IMG/VR virus record: IMGVR_UViG_3300038345_000094
Span: 1-64,000 of that record
Source of the DNA: a virus
Taxonomy: Duplodnaviria > Caudoviricetes
DNA length: 64,000 nt
Reading direction: 5' to 3' (one strand)
Position numbers and translations under genes: made by a program. Each line of letters starts with the position of its first letter. Position 1 is the stretch's first letter. The notes beneath the pieces were generated by a model. It worked only from the letters and a program-made list of their open reading frames with translations, had not been told where the DNA came from and did not search any database. Shown here piece by piece: positions 19,625 to 30,380 of this stretch.

Positions 19625-22054
19625 TTAACTATTTGAAGAAGGCTTGCGTCTTGCAGCCATACGCTTCACTGCGATATCTTCCTTTTGCTTCTCTCGATCA
19701 AATTCAAGTTTACGATTTTCCAAATCGAGTTTTGCGTCGAATTCGCGGATCTTCTCACGAAGCGTCTCTCTTTCATTCTCGGACATCATATCTGGCTCTG
19801 CAATACCATCATCGATTATATCTTGCTGCTTAGCATTTGCATTAATTTGGGCAACAAGAAGACGAGTGTCATTATCTCGTTGATTGATTGCGTCCTGAAG
19901 CTGCATTTGAGCCTCTTGCATTTGTGCTTGAGCCTGTATCTTCTGCTGTTCGAGTTCTGACTGCTGTTGCTGTGCCTGTTGAGCTCTCTCCATCATTTCG
20001 CGTTCAGACTGTTCAACGAGACGCTCCTTCTCAGCGAGAGAGCTCGTGTTGTACATCTTGAGCATTGTAGAGAACGAAATAGCTTGATTTTGAAGAGCTG
20101 CTTGTGCAAGCTGTCCAATCTGCTGATGGAGTTGCTGCATACCGTCAGAGTAATCAACGACGATACCATAGTCGCACTCATTAAAGATATCGCCATCGAT
20201 ATCAATAATCTTCATCGAGCCGTCGGAAAGAATGTAATTAAATTTAAGCTTACGGCCATTCATTGCAACCTTTGCAGTCTCGATGAAGCACTCAAGAACG
20301 CGTTTCTTAACGTCATCGTGCGTAGCGAACAGCCATTCTGTAATATGAGACGACTGCAGATTAGATCGTTCGATACCACCAACAGTCTCACGATTACTAA
20401 CATTACCTTCGCGTTGCTTTGTAATACCTGTAATCTCGGACATTTCCATCTTGATGAACTCGAGAAGATTAATCTGAGATTGTATGGAATTACCAAATTC
20501 CGCATCGATAACACCAGTGGTATTGTTATTCAGAGCGCCAGCTAGCTTGCCAGTAGATTGGCCGTAATTACCCTCCTTAAAGGAGTCTGTGATATACAAG
20601 CCATTTACCTTCGCGTAGTACATCCACTTATCGACATCCCAGCCCTTAGGAACTTGAGCGAAATCGAATCGCACAAGTTTGCCCCAGTTATGAGCCATCA
20701 ATTTATTAAGACGATCGTGAACGACATCATAAAGATAATTGTACTGTTTCATCATATCGACAAGCGAGAATGGCTTGGCATCGATAATATTATAAACAGA
20801 CCCAATAATACCGAAGTGACACTTAGACGGGCTTGACAGCGAGTTATATTGCACTGGGCAAGGACGCATATTGACATAGATATCTTCGCCAATCTTTACG
20901 CCTTCCCATGCTTGGTTGATCCACATAATTTCCTCTTCTTCGCCAGCGTCCGTATTAGGTATGTAATCCTCGCTGAAGAAATCAAATAACTCTTCGCCGC
21001 TTTGAGGATCATAATGCTTTACTTTCTTGACCTTGCGCATCGACTTCCAGTACACACGAACGACTCGTATATTACCATTGCCGTCGTAAGGAAGCAAAGA
21101 ATCACTACCACCGTCGTTAAAGACATTAAAGGGGTCCCAATATTCGCCCATGCCATCTTCACCGAGCGTAATGGTATCATCAATCATATGCATATGTACG
21201 AAGCCTTGCGTCTCATCGTAGTTATCAAGTGCATCAACGCCAGCCTGATAATTCAATGGCGCTTCGTTAAGTTTCTTGATATCTTTCTCCGACAGCACGT
21301 CGTAATACATATCGATAATCTTGCCCGGCGACATGTAATCCTCAAGTATAATCACGTCAGCATCTTCAATTCTATTCGAGAAGCCAGAACGGAATACCCG
21401 AATCTTTAATGGATTAATCTTCTCCAATACTGGCTCGCCACCCTGTATGCTGCATTGATAGATTTCTTCTCCACCAATAGCAGCATCCATAAAGCCCTGC
21501 GTGAATTTGAGTTTAAAATTCTGCTCTTTAGAGTAATGCTGTAATATCGAATTACACATTACCTCGTGTTCGTCTTGCCACTCGTACTGAAAATGATGAG
21601 AGATCTTTTCCAACTCTTGGTTATACTTCTGCTCGTCATCCCTGTACATCTCAATGGCTTGCAACACGGCAGCCTGAAGAGCTTCTTGTTTTCTGCTCTC
21701 TATTTCCGATAAGGCGTTCGGATTCGTAACGACAGCTCTGTAATCAAAAATACGATTTGATTCTTCGCCTCTGAGCAGATTCAATTTGCTGTTCATAATA
21801 GGATAATGCTGAATATTATCCGGGACAAACCTAGCTTTTAGATGGTCCGGATTTAAAATAAGCTGCAAATCCGCCATATGAAGCTTGCCGTTAACAAGAT
21901 CGTAGTTTATCTTCTTATGAACAATAGACTTTCGAACTGGGCTATAGTTGACGAATGTCTTCGAATCTGCCCAATCTACACATTGCTTTCTCCACTTCTT
22001 CGTCTTCGCCTTAAAAGACTTTCTCTGTGAAGGAAATCCTATTTGTTCTGCCAT
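19625..22054 (-). CDS. Portal protein (crAss-like)
   Basis: 809 aa; NIQHYPIMNSKLNLLRGEE; WINQAWEG; Q-rich C-terminal barrel; downstream of TerL. Confidence 0.9.
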   Translation of the reverse strand: MAEQIGFPSQRKSFKAKTKKWRKQCVDWADSKTFVNYSPVRKSIVHKKINYDLVNGKLHMADLQLILNPDHLKARFVPDNIQHYPIMNSKLNLLRGEESNRIFDYRAVVTNPNALSEIESRKQEALQAAVLQAIEMYRDDEQKYNQELEKISHHFQYEWQDEHEVMCNSILQHYSKEQNFKLKFTQGFMDAAIGGEEIYQCSIQGGEPVLEKINPLKIRVFRSGFSNRIEDADVIILEDYMSPGKIIDMYYDVLSEKDIKKLNEAPLNYQAGVDALDNYDETQGFVHMHMIDDTITLGEDGMGEYWDPFNVFNDGGSDSLLPYDGNGNIRVVRVYWKSMRKVKKVKHYDPQSGEELFDFFSEDYIPNTDAGEEEEIMWINQAWEGVKIGEDIYVNMRPCPVQYNSLSSPSKCHFGIIGSVYNIIDAKPFSLVDMMKQYNYLYDVVHDRLNKLMAHNWGKLVRFDFAQVPKGWDVDKWMYYAKVNGLYITDSFKEGNYGQSTGKLAGALNNNTTGVIDAEFGNSIQSQINLLEFIKMEMSEITGITKQREGNVSNRETVGGIERSNLQSSHITEWLFATHDDVKKRVLECFIETAKVAMNGRKLKFNYILSDGSMKIIDIDGDIFNECDYGIVVDYSDGMQQLHQQIGQLAQAALQNQAISFSTMLKMYNTSSLAEKERLVEQSEREMMERAQQAQQQQSELEQQKIQAQAQMQEAQMQLQDAINQRDNDTRLLVAQINANAKQQDIIDDGIAEPDMMSENERETLREKIREFDAKLDLENRKLEFDREKQKEDIAVKRMAARRKPSSNS

Positions 22055-22072
22055 ATATTTCGTAATTTATTC

Positions 22073-22116
22073 TGCAAATATAGAAAAAGTCCACCACTTT
22101 TCAAAGGTGATGGACT
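22073..22116 (-). promoter_or_regulatory. Overlapping terminator hairpin (after TerL) and Bacteroidota-type promoter (portal)
   Basis: AGTCCA...TGGACT stem 22088-22116; minus strand TTTG...TATATTTGCA. Confidence 0.6.
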
Positions 22117-22135
22117 ATAATTTAATTTGCTATTA

Positions 22136-24373
22136 CTAATCAAGAAATCTTTGATCATAGTTGCGGGTAAAATAATCGTCAACACCGAGATAATCAGCAT
22201 CAAAATCCTTTCTTCCGCTTTGAGGATTTCCGTTGTATAATATCATAAACTGTTCACGATACAACATTACCATACCTAATGCTCTAACACGGTCAACGTT
22301 TATATCTGGATTAAACAAGATAAGCTCCTTAAGTAAGGCCCTGCTCTTAATATTGAAAAGATTGAATTGTGTCGTTTCTATCTCTTCGCCAGTTTCTGTT
22401 CTTTCTACTTTAGGGCATGGTTTCAGAAGCCAATCCCTAATGAGTTTATTTGCGAAGTTGTTGACGGGAAGCGTAGCATTGACACCATAAGATTTATTAC
22501 CGAAGCCGATTGTCTTGATAATATCCCTGTCTTTAAGATATTCAGGCGTCTCAGCTAATAAGTAAGAACAATTCAATCGCGAGAAATAAGCAAAGATACC
22601 CTTCTTATTGCTCTCGTATAAGCAACGAGCGTTATAGAATAGACATAACTTTCGCGTGACCTCATAACAATCGTCGGCATACATTTTACGACCTGTATAT
22701 TCCGCCACAATCTTATCCGTCCATAAGTCAAGAACGAAATTGCTGTATAAAGACATCGTATCGGCATCATCATCATCAATAGGGTCGACTCCAATGATAT
22801 ACCTATTATTATATACTTTGCCGTCAGAACTGACTTCTGGCATTGTATATATTTCTATCGCGCCTTCGATTTTATTATCTTTAGTAGGGAACTCGTGTAT
22901 CGCTTTATCTCCAGTTGGTACGTATTTGACAGAACCATCAGGATTAATCTCGAGATCGCCACAATAGATATCATCAAAGAATGCTGCGTTATTATCTATC
23001 TGGTTCAATCTTGCACTCAGCTCAGTCTGCGGAAATATATTTCCTCTGCTTCTGAGGATAGCTTCCTGTGGCGTAATAGGAATTTCAGCCGTACGCTTGG
23101 TAATAGCACTTATATCCGAAGAATTATATTTAACACGGTATCTGTCGACAAGAATTTCCAGCAGAGCTTTAGTTACATCAGAATTTCCATCGTGATCGTA
23201 ACAGTCAGATCTGTTGAGATAAGCAGGAAAGAAATAGGTGAACTGCTTTCGTCCTTGTCCCTCCTTGTCATAGACGTTAGGATTGCCTTGTACGTTATAA
23301 CCATCAGGATGATACATAATCTCCTGTAACGAGGAGAAGTCAGACTCACTATCGCCAGCAGTACCAATAAGGTAAAGAAGTCCGAACACACGGCTACCAT
23401 CTTCGACAGAAGGACGGAGGTTACTATAGACCTCAAGCAAGTTATTAAATGAACCAGCCTCTTCCATTACGTACAGAACACCACGAGATCCACGGAGTTT
23501 AGACACGTCAGCATTCGAAGAGCGACCTACAACTGCATTCAGGGTACCCCTCTTAACGCCAGTATCGAGATCCATATAACCGGCCTGCCACAACATATTC
23601 TGCATCGTATTTGTCAATCTCTTCGATGGGAACTGCGTATGGTCTGCACAGAAGTCAATAGCATATTGGAACTTATCGAGCGTCTGGTCACCGCCAGTCA
23701 GTTTAGCTCTATCGGCAGCGGTAATATAGCAGGTCACCTTCTCATTATTATCCCAAGATTCGCCAAGCAGGAACCGTTTAGCAAGCATCTCCGCAACGGA
23801 AATAGACTTACCGCAACCACGTCGTGCTAATTCGACCGCGTGATGACCATTCTTTCTTGCCTGCCACAAGTAATGATATTTATAATAGTGTCCCTCCCAA
23901 GTGTCTGGTAAATCCATAACACGCATAGAAGCATTGCTATCATCACTCATCTTCTTGGTAAGCTGGATTGGCATATAGTTCAAGAGATAATAAAAATCTC
24001 CCGGAATCCATTCGCCATCTTCTTCTCTTACCATCCCATTGTGACACCTGTCAATCTCGCGTATAAGCCACTTCATGTAATCACTGTTAGGATTACCATT
24101 TACTCGTAAGTCAGTATACCTACCAGTCTTCTGATAATGTATGCCAACTTCCCTGAAGTAATCCATATTCTCAAGTATATGTGGCTTCGTGACATCGACG
24201 ATTATCCTACCTTTTTCGTCTCTTGGCAAGTCTTTCGCCCTTGGCCTGTCAGCCGCTATAAGCGATCTAATGAAAGGAACGTTATTTAAGAAGTCATAGA
24301 ATTGATCTTGCACCTCCTGAGGATAATTCTCAAGATGTAAATCCTCAAGAGGTGTTTGTATACTATTCATCAT
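22136..24373 (-). CDS. terL: Terminase large subunit
   Basis: Walker A ARRGCGKS, Walker B YVMEEAG, RNase H IIGVDPID, C-terminal VDRV. Confidence 0.93.
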   Translation of the reverse strand: MMNSIQTPLEDLHLENYPQEVQDQFYDFLNNVPFIRSLIAADRPRAKDLPRDEKGRIIVDVTKPHILENMDYFREVGIHYQKTGRYTDLRVNGNPNSDYMKWLIREIDRCHNGMVREEDGEWIPGDFYYLLNYMPIQLTKKMSDDSNASMRVMDLPDTWEGHYYKYHYLWQARKNGHHAVELARRGCGKSISVAEMLAKRFLLGESWDNNEKVTCYITAADRAKLTGGDQTLDKFQYAIDFCADHTQFPSKRLTNTMQNMLWQAGYMDLDTGVKRGTLNAVVGRSSNADVSKLRGSRGVLYVMEEAGSFNNLLEVYSNLRPSVEDGSRVFGLLYLIGTAGDSESDFSSLQEIMYHPDGYNVQGNPNVYDKEGQGRKQFTYFFPAYLNRSDCYDHDGNSDVTKALLEILVDRYRVKYNSSDISAITKRTAEIPITPQEAILRSRGNIFPQTELSARLNQIDNNAAFFDDIYCGDLEINPDGSVKYVPTGDKAIHEFPTKDNKIEGAIEIYTMPEVSSDGKVYNNRYIIGVDPIDDDDADTMSLYSNFVLDLWTDKIVAEYTGRKMYADDCYEVTRKLCLFYNARCLYESNKKGIFAYFSRLNCSYLLAETPEYLKDRDIIKTIGFGNKSYGVNATLPVNNFANKLIRDWLLKPCPKVERTETGEEIETTQFNLFNIKSRALLKELILFNPDINVDRVRALGMVMLYREQFMILYNGNPQSGRKDFDADYLGVDDYFTRNYDQRFLD

Positions 24374-24945
24374 ACCATACTATTGATACTTGCGATATTA
24401 AACCCATCGTCAAGCAAGGTCTTATTGTTACCACCACGAGCGCGACCTTTCTCTTCGATTTCTTTCGCGACGACTTTTTCTGCTTCTACGAGGTCTTTAG
24501 CTAATTGCGGAATTTGCTTAATAGCTGAAGTAATCGAATTAATCGTATAAACAGGCTTTCCCTTGTCGTCAAGGGTATTTAAGTCGACATCTTTGAGGAA
24601 TCTACCTACCTTATCAACGGCTATCTTAGCGGCTTCAAGTAATGCGTACGAAGATGTTATCGTGTGCTTCTCATATACTTCCATAGCCGCCTTAAGCTCT
24701 TTAGATGGCTTGAAATTAGCAGGAAGTCCTTCTTGTAATATAACCTCATCTGCGCGCTCTTTCAAGTCCGTAATATAACTATATGTACTCCTAGGATCAA
24801 CCATGAAGAACATAAATGATGCTTGTTGCAGAAAGTTTTCCTTTGTAGGACTTTTATCTGCTTCCCATAAATCCCTGATAGGCTTTACTAATAAAGCCTC
24901 AGGAGATATCTTTATTTCGTAATTTTCGTATTCAATCAGGTGCAT
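24370..24945 (-). CDS. Putative terminase small subunit
   Basis: Helical 191-aa ORF overlapping terL start. Confidence 0.5.
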   Translation of the reverse strand: MHLIEYENYEIKISPEALLVKPIRDLWEADKSPTKENFLQQASFMFFMVDPRSTYSYITDLKERADEVILQEGLPANFKPSKELKAAMEVYEKHTITSSYALLEAAKIAVDKVGRFLKDVDLNTLDDKGKPVYTINSITSAIKQIPQLAKDLVEAEKVVAKEIEEKGRARGGNNKTLLDDGFNIASINSMV

Positions 24946-24947
24946 AG

Positions 24948-24973
24948 CAAAAAAGCCCGGTGGTAAGCCGGGC
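24948..24973 (-). terminator. Rho-independent terminator
   Basis: AGCCCGG-tggtaag-CCGGGCT plus T-run on minus strand. Confidence 0.7.
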
Positions 24974-24978
24974 TATCA

Positions 24979-25380
24979 TTAAATAATTGTAGGAGGAGTG
25001 TATAAAACTGATTTCTCTTCGTCTTTCTCTTTAGCAAACTCTTCAATAACGTAGTCTACATCGCCTTCAGTAAGGAAAAGAAAACGTCCAGATTCCAAAT
25101 CAACAACTGGGAAATTAATCTTAACTTCCATCTCGTTCTCGTTGTTGAGGTCGTCTCGTAAGTTATGCTTGACGCGTATATACTTATCGGGGTTGATTCG
25201 AACGTAATCACCAACTTTAACGTCTCGCACAAGTGGACCAACTGCAATAACTTGCTGGATATCCTTTACGACGCCTTCAGCTTCTTTAATGTTGAGAATC
25301 AACTTGCTATCGTCGCTTTCAAACCTATCCATCGTAGTAACGATGTGATTCATCATTGGTTTAATCTTCCTTGGTATCAT
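24979..25380 (-). CDS. GroES-like co-chaperonin
   Basis: IKPMMNHIV...VIAVGP..RDVKVGDYV...FLFLTEGDV. Confidence 0.7.
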   Translation of the reverse strand: MIPRKIKPMMNHIVTTMDRFESDDSKLILNIKEAEGVVKDIQQVIAVGPLVRDVKVGDYVRINPDKYIRVKHNLRDDLNNENEMEVKINFPVVDLESGRFLFLTEGDVDYVIEEFAKEKDEEKSVLYTPPTII

Positions 25381-25615
25381 TATCTAATATATTATAAAGT
25401 TTCTTCACCTCATCATCGTCGAAAAGTAATTCACAACGCAGAAGCAAAGTATTGAAATATCCGCACATATGCTCATATTGGGCGTTCATAAGGGCTAACA
25501 CAGTAGGATCTAGAGTACCCTTGTCTGTAAATTTAATGATCGCACGATTGAGTTTCTGCATATTCTTCTTGAGGTCGCTCGCTTCGATCACCATCCTCAT
25601 CTTGTATTTCTCCAT
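25361..25615 (-). CDS. Small helical crAss-type hypothetical protein
   Basis: Likely start MEKYKMRMVIEASDL at 25615; LM..QY..M..Y...L..R pattern. Confidence 0.55.
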   Translation of the reverse strand: MEKYKMRMVIEASDLKKNMQKLNRAIIKFTDKGTLDPTVLALMNAQYEHMCGYFNTLLLRCELLFDDDEVKKLYNILDNDTKED

Positions 25616-25865
25616 ATTTCTTCTTTTTGTTTTTTCTGTATTTCTTATGTCTGTAATAATCGACATATAGTTTTCCAATACCGGGTAGCGTAAAGCTTGG
25701 GAATTTTTCTTTTATTTCATCTTCCGTATAATCCGTATCGATGTCGTATTCTCTTGTCGTATCCCTTATGTAATCAAAATACAACTTGTATATTTCACGT
25801 ACATCTTCAAGTGGCATTCCGCTTTGTTCTGCGTACTTCTTACAAAGTTGTTCCCATTTCCGCAT
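25533..25865 (-). CDS. HU/IHF-like DNA-binding protein
   Basis: AEQSGMPLEDVREIY...FTLPGIGKLY; basic tail. Confidence 0.6.
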   Translation of the reverse strand: MRKWEQLCKKYAEQSGMPLEDVREIYKLYFDYIRDTTREYDIDTDYTEDEIKEKFPSFTLPGIGKLYVDYYRHKKYRKNKKKKYGEIQDEDGDRSERPQEEYAETQSCDH

Positions 25866-26262
25866 TTTCGTCGAATTGAAATAATAGAAGTAACTTGAAT
25901 GTCCCGTCGTTATTGTCAACAACAAGATTTGGAATTAACTTCTTATGTATCCTATCGTTCACCAAAACACCACGTTTTCTTAACTTACACAAAAGAACTT
26001 GAAACTGATTTAAAGACATATCGCATAATGATCGCACTTCATCCCTAAAATCGGAACCCATCGTTACTCTATCCAATAAATCGTTATCCTTGATGGCTGC
26101 ACTCAGCTCATATCTCTTGTACAGATAAGCAGAAACTATATCCATTTCCTTTGGTGTCATATGATGGAAAGGTAACATGAATTCTAACCACTTCTTGAAA
26201 AATTCCATTCCGAGTTTGGTCGGGATTCTAATAGCATTGTTTATGCTTATGTGCTTTTCCAT
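25840..26262 (-). CDS. Hypothetical protein (possible winged HTH)
   Basis: 140-aa ORF in operon; MSLNQFQVLLCKLRKRGVL. Confidence 0.55.
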   Translation of the reverse strand: MEKHISINNAIRIPTKLGMEFFKKWLEFMLPFHHMTPKEMDIVSAYLYKRYELSAAIKDNDLLDRVTMGSDFRDEVRSLCDMSLNQFQVLLCKLRKRGVLVNDRIHKKLIPNLVVDNNDGTFKLLLLFQFDENAEMGTTL

Positions 26263-26265
26263 TAT

Positions 26266-26559
26266 TTATTCCTTTGTCTTTTCCTCTTCGATCTTCATGC
26301 TTTCAACAATCTCGTCAATACAGTACTTAGTGAAATCCTCAGGGAAGGAATCCTTATACTTGACAACCTTAAATAAGAAATCAAGACGAGTGAAGAAATT
26401 ACCGAGCATCGCGTCGTTAAGCCTACGCTTTAATTCTGAATTGGTTGCGCTAAGATTATTAGCAATATTCATCAGATCATCATATGGGATCTTCTTGTCC
26501 TTAGGCTCCTCGACCTCGACAGCTGCATCTGGCAGCTCAACTTTAACCTTACTACTCAT
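26266..26559 (-). CDS. Hypothetical protein
   Basis: 97-aa ORF in operon. Confidence 0.55.
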   Translation of the reverse strand: MSSKVKVELPDAAVEVEEPKDKKIPYDDLMNIANNLSATNSELKRRLNDAMLGNFFTRLDFLFKVVKYKDSFPEDFTKYCIDEIVESMKIEEEKTKE

Positions 26560-26561
26560 TA

Positions 26562-26741
26562 CTATTTATTTTTTTCTTTTTCTTCTTCGAGCCACTGCTC
26601 GATATGTTCATCTCCTAAATCTGTACTACCGCAGTCGTCACAAAAATCAGGATATCCGTCTCCGGCAATAATATTCAATGAATGACATCTCCTGCAATAT
26701 GTAACAGGAATATCATTGTAATTAATTTCCTGTTGAGTCAT
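26562..26741 (-). CDS. Small zinc-ribbon protein (59 aa)
   Basis: Not in track; MTQQEINYNDIPVTYCRRCHSL...FCDDCGST, two CxxC. Confidence 0.65.
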   Translation of the reverse strand: MTQQEINYNDIPVTYCRRCHSLNIIAGDGYPDFCDDCGSTDLGDEHIEQWLEEEKEKNK

Positions 26742-26871
26742 AATACACTAAACAAACGTATCCATTTTCTTCTGTTAAGCAAACGAACTCTTCTTTCTTT
26801 ACATGTAATTCATTTGCTTGTGCTAACACTCGCATTAGAGTTTCGCCCCAAATATAATTAAAACCTTTCAT
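26722..26871 (-). CDS. Small hypothetical protein (49 aa)
   Basis: Own translation MKGFNYIWGETLMRVLAQANEL... Confidence 0.45.
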   Translation of the reverse strand: MKGFNYIWGETLMRVLAQANELHVKKEEFVCLTEENGYVCLVYYDSTGN

Positions 26872-26891
26872 AAAAATAAATTAAAACTTTG

Positions 26892-26963
26892 CAGGTCCTC
26901 GAAGATTCGGACTTCGATCAACGGTTTTGGAGACCGTCATGCTACCAATTGCACCAAGAACCC
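26892..26963 (-). tRNA. trnW: tRNA-Trp (CCA)
   Basis: Cloverleaf; anticodon arm ACGGT-CTCCAAA-ACCGT; T-loop TCCGAAT variant. Confidence 0.9.
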
Positions 26964-26993
26964 AACCACATTATTTACCTATACGCAACAAAA

Positions 26994-27146
26994 CTATTTA
27001 TTATACGTGTCTATAATTTCTATATTAACAATATCGTTAGGACTATTAATTAAACTTATTAATGTCTCTTCTGTTACCTCCATTTCTTTTTCAAATAATG
27101 GAACAGGACACATAGGCCCCATATCATAAGTTACTTTAATCTTCAT
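26994..27146 (-). CDS. Small hypothetical protein (50 aa)
   Basis: Own translation MKIKVTYDMGPMCPVPLFEKEM...; promoter just upstream. Confidence 0.45.
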   Translation of the reverse strand: MKIKVTYDMGPMCPVPLFEKEMEVTEETLISLINSPNDIVNIEIIDTYNK

Positions 27147-27176
27147 CTCCTTAACTGCGTAGCTTCTTAACTACGG

Positions 27177-27209
27177 TACAAAGTTAAGCATTTTTTTTGA
27201 TAAAATCAA
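27177..27209 (-). promoter_or_regulatory. Bacteroidota-type promoter
   Basis: Minus strand TTG...TAACTTTGTA. Confidence 0.55.
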
Positions 27210-27251
27210 TACCTAAAACTATTGCAAATGTCGATTTTTTTACAGGGGGTA

Positions 27252-30200
27252 CTAAAAAATACCGGAAATATTGTTAAATTCTTTTAATCTACCTCCGTTT
27301 TTGTACGCCCACTCTTGTTTAAGATAATTTTCCGGAACGTCAACTTCATACCATGTATTACCATTCGGATCTGTTACAATGCGGACATCTGCGTTCTTGT
27401 AGAGTTTCTTATATTGTCTCGGAAATTCAGTGTATTTACGGAGAATATCTTCATAATCATAAACTGTCTTCTTGGTTATGCCGGGTTTTAATTTTGCCTC
27501 ACCCTGAAGTAATCGCATTCTTTCGCCAAGCAAACTTGAATATTCCGCCATCGCTTCTTCACCGCCCGGTTCGCTTTCCAGATAATCTATTCTATTATTG
27601 ATTTCAGCTATCCGTCTATCGACATCATCTCCATAGGTATAAACTGGTCCATCAGCAGTAATATCTCTTCCGCTCGCGTCAAAATACGCTTCGCGTTCGG
27701 GATATCCTTCGATTTTAGCAGCAGTTTCTCTCGTAGGATATCGCATCTTAGCCTGACCTTTCTCTGCGGCATATCGAAGATTTTCTTGAATTTGGTGAGA
27801 AGTGAAATTTTCTGCGAGATAATCCTGCTGGGTGGCCAATTTTGGATTTCTACGCATATCAAATTCAACTGTAAGTTCTTCCAACAACTGTTTGTCCTTT
27901 TCAATCTGCCCTCTCAAACTATCCGCAAACCAAGGAGACATATCGGAGCCATCATTCATCTTTTTCGTCCTCAAGCCCTCCATTTCACTATTTATGGATT
28001 CCTTAAGATTATTGATTCTTCTTTCCAGAGAATTAATTCTTTTTTGATTATATTCCCCATCGAGATTCATTTTCTTATAACTCTGCCCCCAGTCGCTCTG
28101 ACTTTCCATTACATGAAGAACATTTGGTTCATCAAAAGTAGTATAAGTGCGAGAATGACCAAGGGTATTTGGATTATAATGTTTGCCAGAACCGTTAGGG
28201 ATACGAGAAGATGAAAAAGTAAAAGTTTTTGGATAAGCAGTATTTAATGGTATCGTCATTGGATCAACTTCTTTAAAATAAAAAGAAGCAAGATCATTAA
28301 AACTCATTTTCGTGTTTAAATCTCCCCTTAAATAATAATTATCTAATCCATCCGTAGTTACATTATAATCGAAGAATTCATCAAATCGTTTGCGTACGTT
28401 AGGATGAGATGTTACTTCTTCTAAGTCATGAAGTCCCAACCTATCTATACCATAATTTTCAAATCTCGTGTCAGGCGTTCTTTCATAAGTAATCAATTCG
28501 CCCTGAATGGCTTTCCTGAACCGATTATAGTCGATGGATTTCTTTCCGGCAAATTCGTCAGAAGCAAGGACCTTATCTATAACAGCCTGTTCAACCTTAC
28601 TTCCTTTCCCGGCAAGAGCGCGAACATTATTCACATTGACAGTTCCACTTTTGGATATCTGCTTTTCAAGAGGATTACCATGCATTAAAGATTTTAGCAT
28701 GTATCCACCACCGAGATTTTCGATTTCATAAGGAGCAGATACCGCTTTTGAAACAACTGGAGCAGCCTCCATACTTGCTCTTGTGGCAGGAGCTAAATAA
28801 GTAAAGTTGGTACTTATCCTTCCTGGAGCGCTATCGGTAAACGCACGGAAGATATCTTCTCCAAAATTCGTAGCATCATCTACATAATTCTTGAGCCAAC
28901 TAACCCCTCGAGCACCAGCACCAAGAGCAGCGGCAAGAGCCACATCACGGCCTACTCTTCCCCATCTACCTTCAGCTGCATCAGCACCCATATGACCAAG
29001 CCAGGTTATTGCACCAGCAGGAGTAGGAGTAAGACCGACAACGGTATCAACAGTATTGAAGATATCCTGACCGGCACGGCTTATAGCTTCGGATACTGGC
29101 TTTGCGCCTTTTTGATATCCTTCCGCATATCTTGCAGCAGCAGCCTGCGAACCATTGAACTTGGCCGGAAGAGCAGCGGTAACTACAGCTGGTTCGAGTG
29201 ACCCACCAGATACTTCTGGTATGGTCTGCAGATAAGTTAGATAATCGCCACCAAGTGGAATGACGCCATAAGGGCCGCCATCATAGAGATAATTGTCAAG
29301 CGGTCCACCATCTTCATGCCTCCACTTTCTCGCATTCCGTGCGAAGACTACCATTTTTTTGTGCGCCGGATTGCCATCATTATACAATTCAGCCTCTGTT
29401 TTCCCTGTTCTTGCCTTCAATTCTGTCAGCCTTCCGCGATGAGAAGGTTTAATATGAATAGATCCACCATCCTTGCGAAATATAGGATACTCATTCCCAA
29501 GCATTTCTATTTCTTCGAGTAGCGTTTTGTTTCGGCCAAGTGGTTTTCCACCAGAATAGCGCTTATAATTCTTTTTAATCAAGTCCAGATCGCCAGAATG
29601 GAAGCCTTCCATAAGACTAGGAAATTTTGATAAGCCCGGATTATAAGAATAATCCACAAGAATACTTTGAGATTTATTGCTTAGTTTATCCCATTCTCCA
29701 GCACCATACTTGCCATCATATACCTTTTTTGCGGCATCGTAATATTTTTGAACTAATGTATCAACTGCACTGACAGCCTGTTCGTCCGTAAGATATCCTT
29801 GCTGTAATGCGAGTTTTGCTTCTGGAGTACCGTTAGATAATTTGATACCATAAGCAATAGTATCAGCACCGCCCTCGTGAGACTTATGTGGGTACCATCT
29901 ACCGGTCTTAGCATCATAGCCGCCATTAGCATTATTCTTCGAATTCTCAACAGCCATAATACGTCTAGCTGCATCTTGTCGAGCATCGAGTGTATACATA
30001 GCAGAAGGAGCGTCTGGTATCAATACGCCATAACCTCTTTGCGGCATCTCTAATCCCAGCTCTATTGGCATATCTTCGAGCATCCCGGTAGTTCTCTGCG
30101 GCACATAATCGCCATAGTCCGGTAGCGGTTTATATCTTAAAGGAACTTCTATTGGCGCACCAACATTAACTGGCGGGTTATATAAATAAGCGTCGCTCTT

Positions 30201-30380
30201 ATATTGTGCAGTATTAGTAATTGGACCACCATCTGCTTTTAATTTACCGCCACAAGAGTTATAATGAGCAATAATACTGGCTAAATCCCTATAGCCAGCA
30301 CGTGTATATATGCCAATAAGCTCAGCCTTCTCTTGCTGGGAAAGCTGAGCATATCTATCATTTATATTAGCCTGTATCAT
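27252..30380 (-). CDS. Large multidomain virion/cargo protein with lysozyme-like domain and repeated GG motifs
   Basis: AVEN...WYPHKSHEGGADTIAYGIKL and LVDYSYNPG lysozyme-like motifs; CGGKLK, KADGG, RKDGG, HEDGG, YDGG, YKNGGRL; C-terminal HSR...ESQSDW domain. Confidence 0.65.
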   Translation of the reverse strand: MIQANINDRYAQLSQQEKAELIGIYTRAGYRDLASIIAHYNSCGGKLKADGGPITNTAQYKSDAYLYNPPVNVGAPIEVPLRYKPLPDYGDYVPQRTTGMLEDMPIELGLEMPQRGYGVLIPDAPSAMYTLDARQDAARRIMAVENSKNNANGGYDAKTGRWYPHKSHEGGADTIAYGIKLSNGTPEAKLALQQGYLTDEQAVSAVDTLVQKYYDAAKKVYDGKYGAGEWDKLSNKSQSILVDYSYNPGLSKFPSLMEGFHSGDLDLIKKNYKRYSGGKPLGRNKTLLEEIEMLGNEYPIFRKDGGSIHIKPSHRGRLTELKARTGKTEAELYNDGNPAHKKMVVFARNARKWRHEDGGPLDNYLYDGGPYGVIPLGGDYLTYLQTIPEVSGGSLEPAVVTAALPAKFNGSQAAAARYAEGYQKGAKPVSEAISRAGQDIFNTVDTVVGLTPTPAGAITWLGHMGADAAEGRWGRVGRDVALAAALGAGARGVSWLKNYVDDATNFGEDIFRAFTDSAPGRISTNFTYLAPATRASMEAAPVVSKAVSAPYEIENLGGGYMLKSLMHGNPLEKQISKSGTVNVNNVRALAGKGSKVEQAVIDKVLASDEFAGKKSIDYNRFRKAIQGELITYERTPDTRFENYGIDRLGLHDLEEVTSHPNVRKRFDEFFDYNVTTDGLDNYYLRGDLNTKMSFNDLASFYFKEVDPMTIPLNTAYPKTFTFSSSRIPNGSGKHYNPNTLGHSRTYTTFDEPNVLHVMESQSDWGQSYKKMNLDGEYNQKRINSLERRINNLKESINSEMEGLRTKKMNDGSDMSPWFADSLRGQIEKDKQLLEELTVEFDMRRNPKLATQQDYLAENFTSHQIQENLRYAAEKGQAKMRYPTRETAAKIEGYPEREAYFDASGRDITADGPVYTYGDDVDRRIAEINNRIDYLESEPGGEEAMAEYSSLLGERMRLLQGEAKLKPGITKKTVYDYEDILRKYTEFPRQYKKLYKNADVRIVTDPNGNTWYEVDVPENYLKQEWAYKNGGRLKEFNNISGIF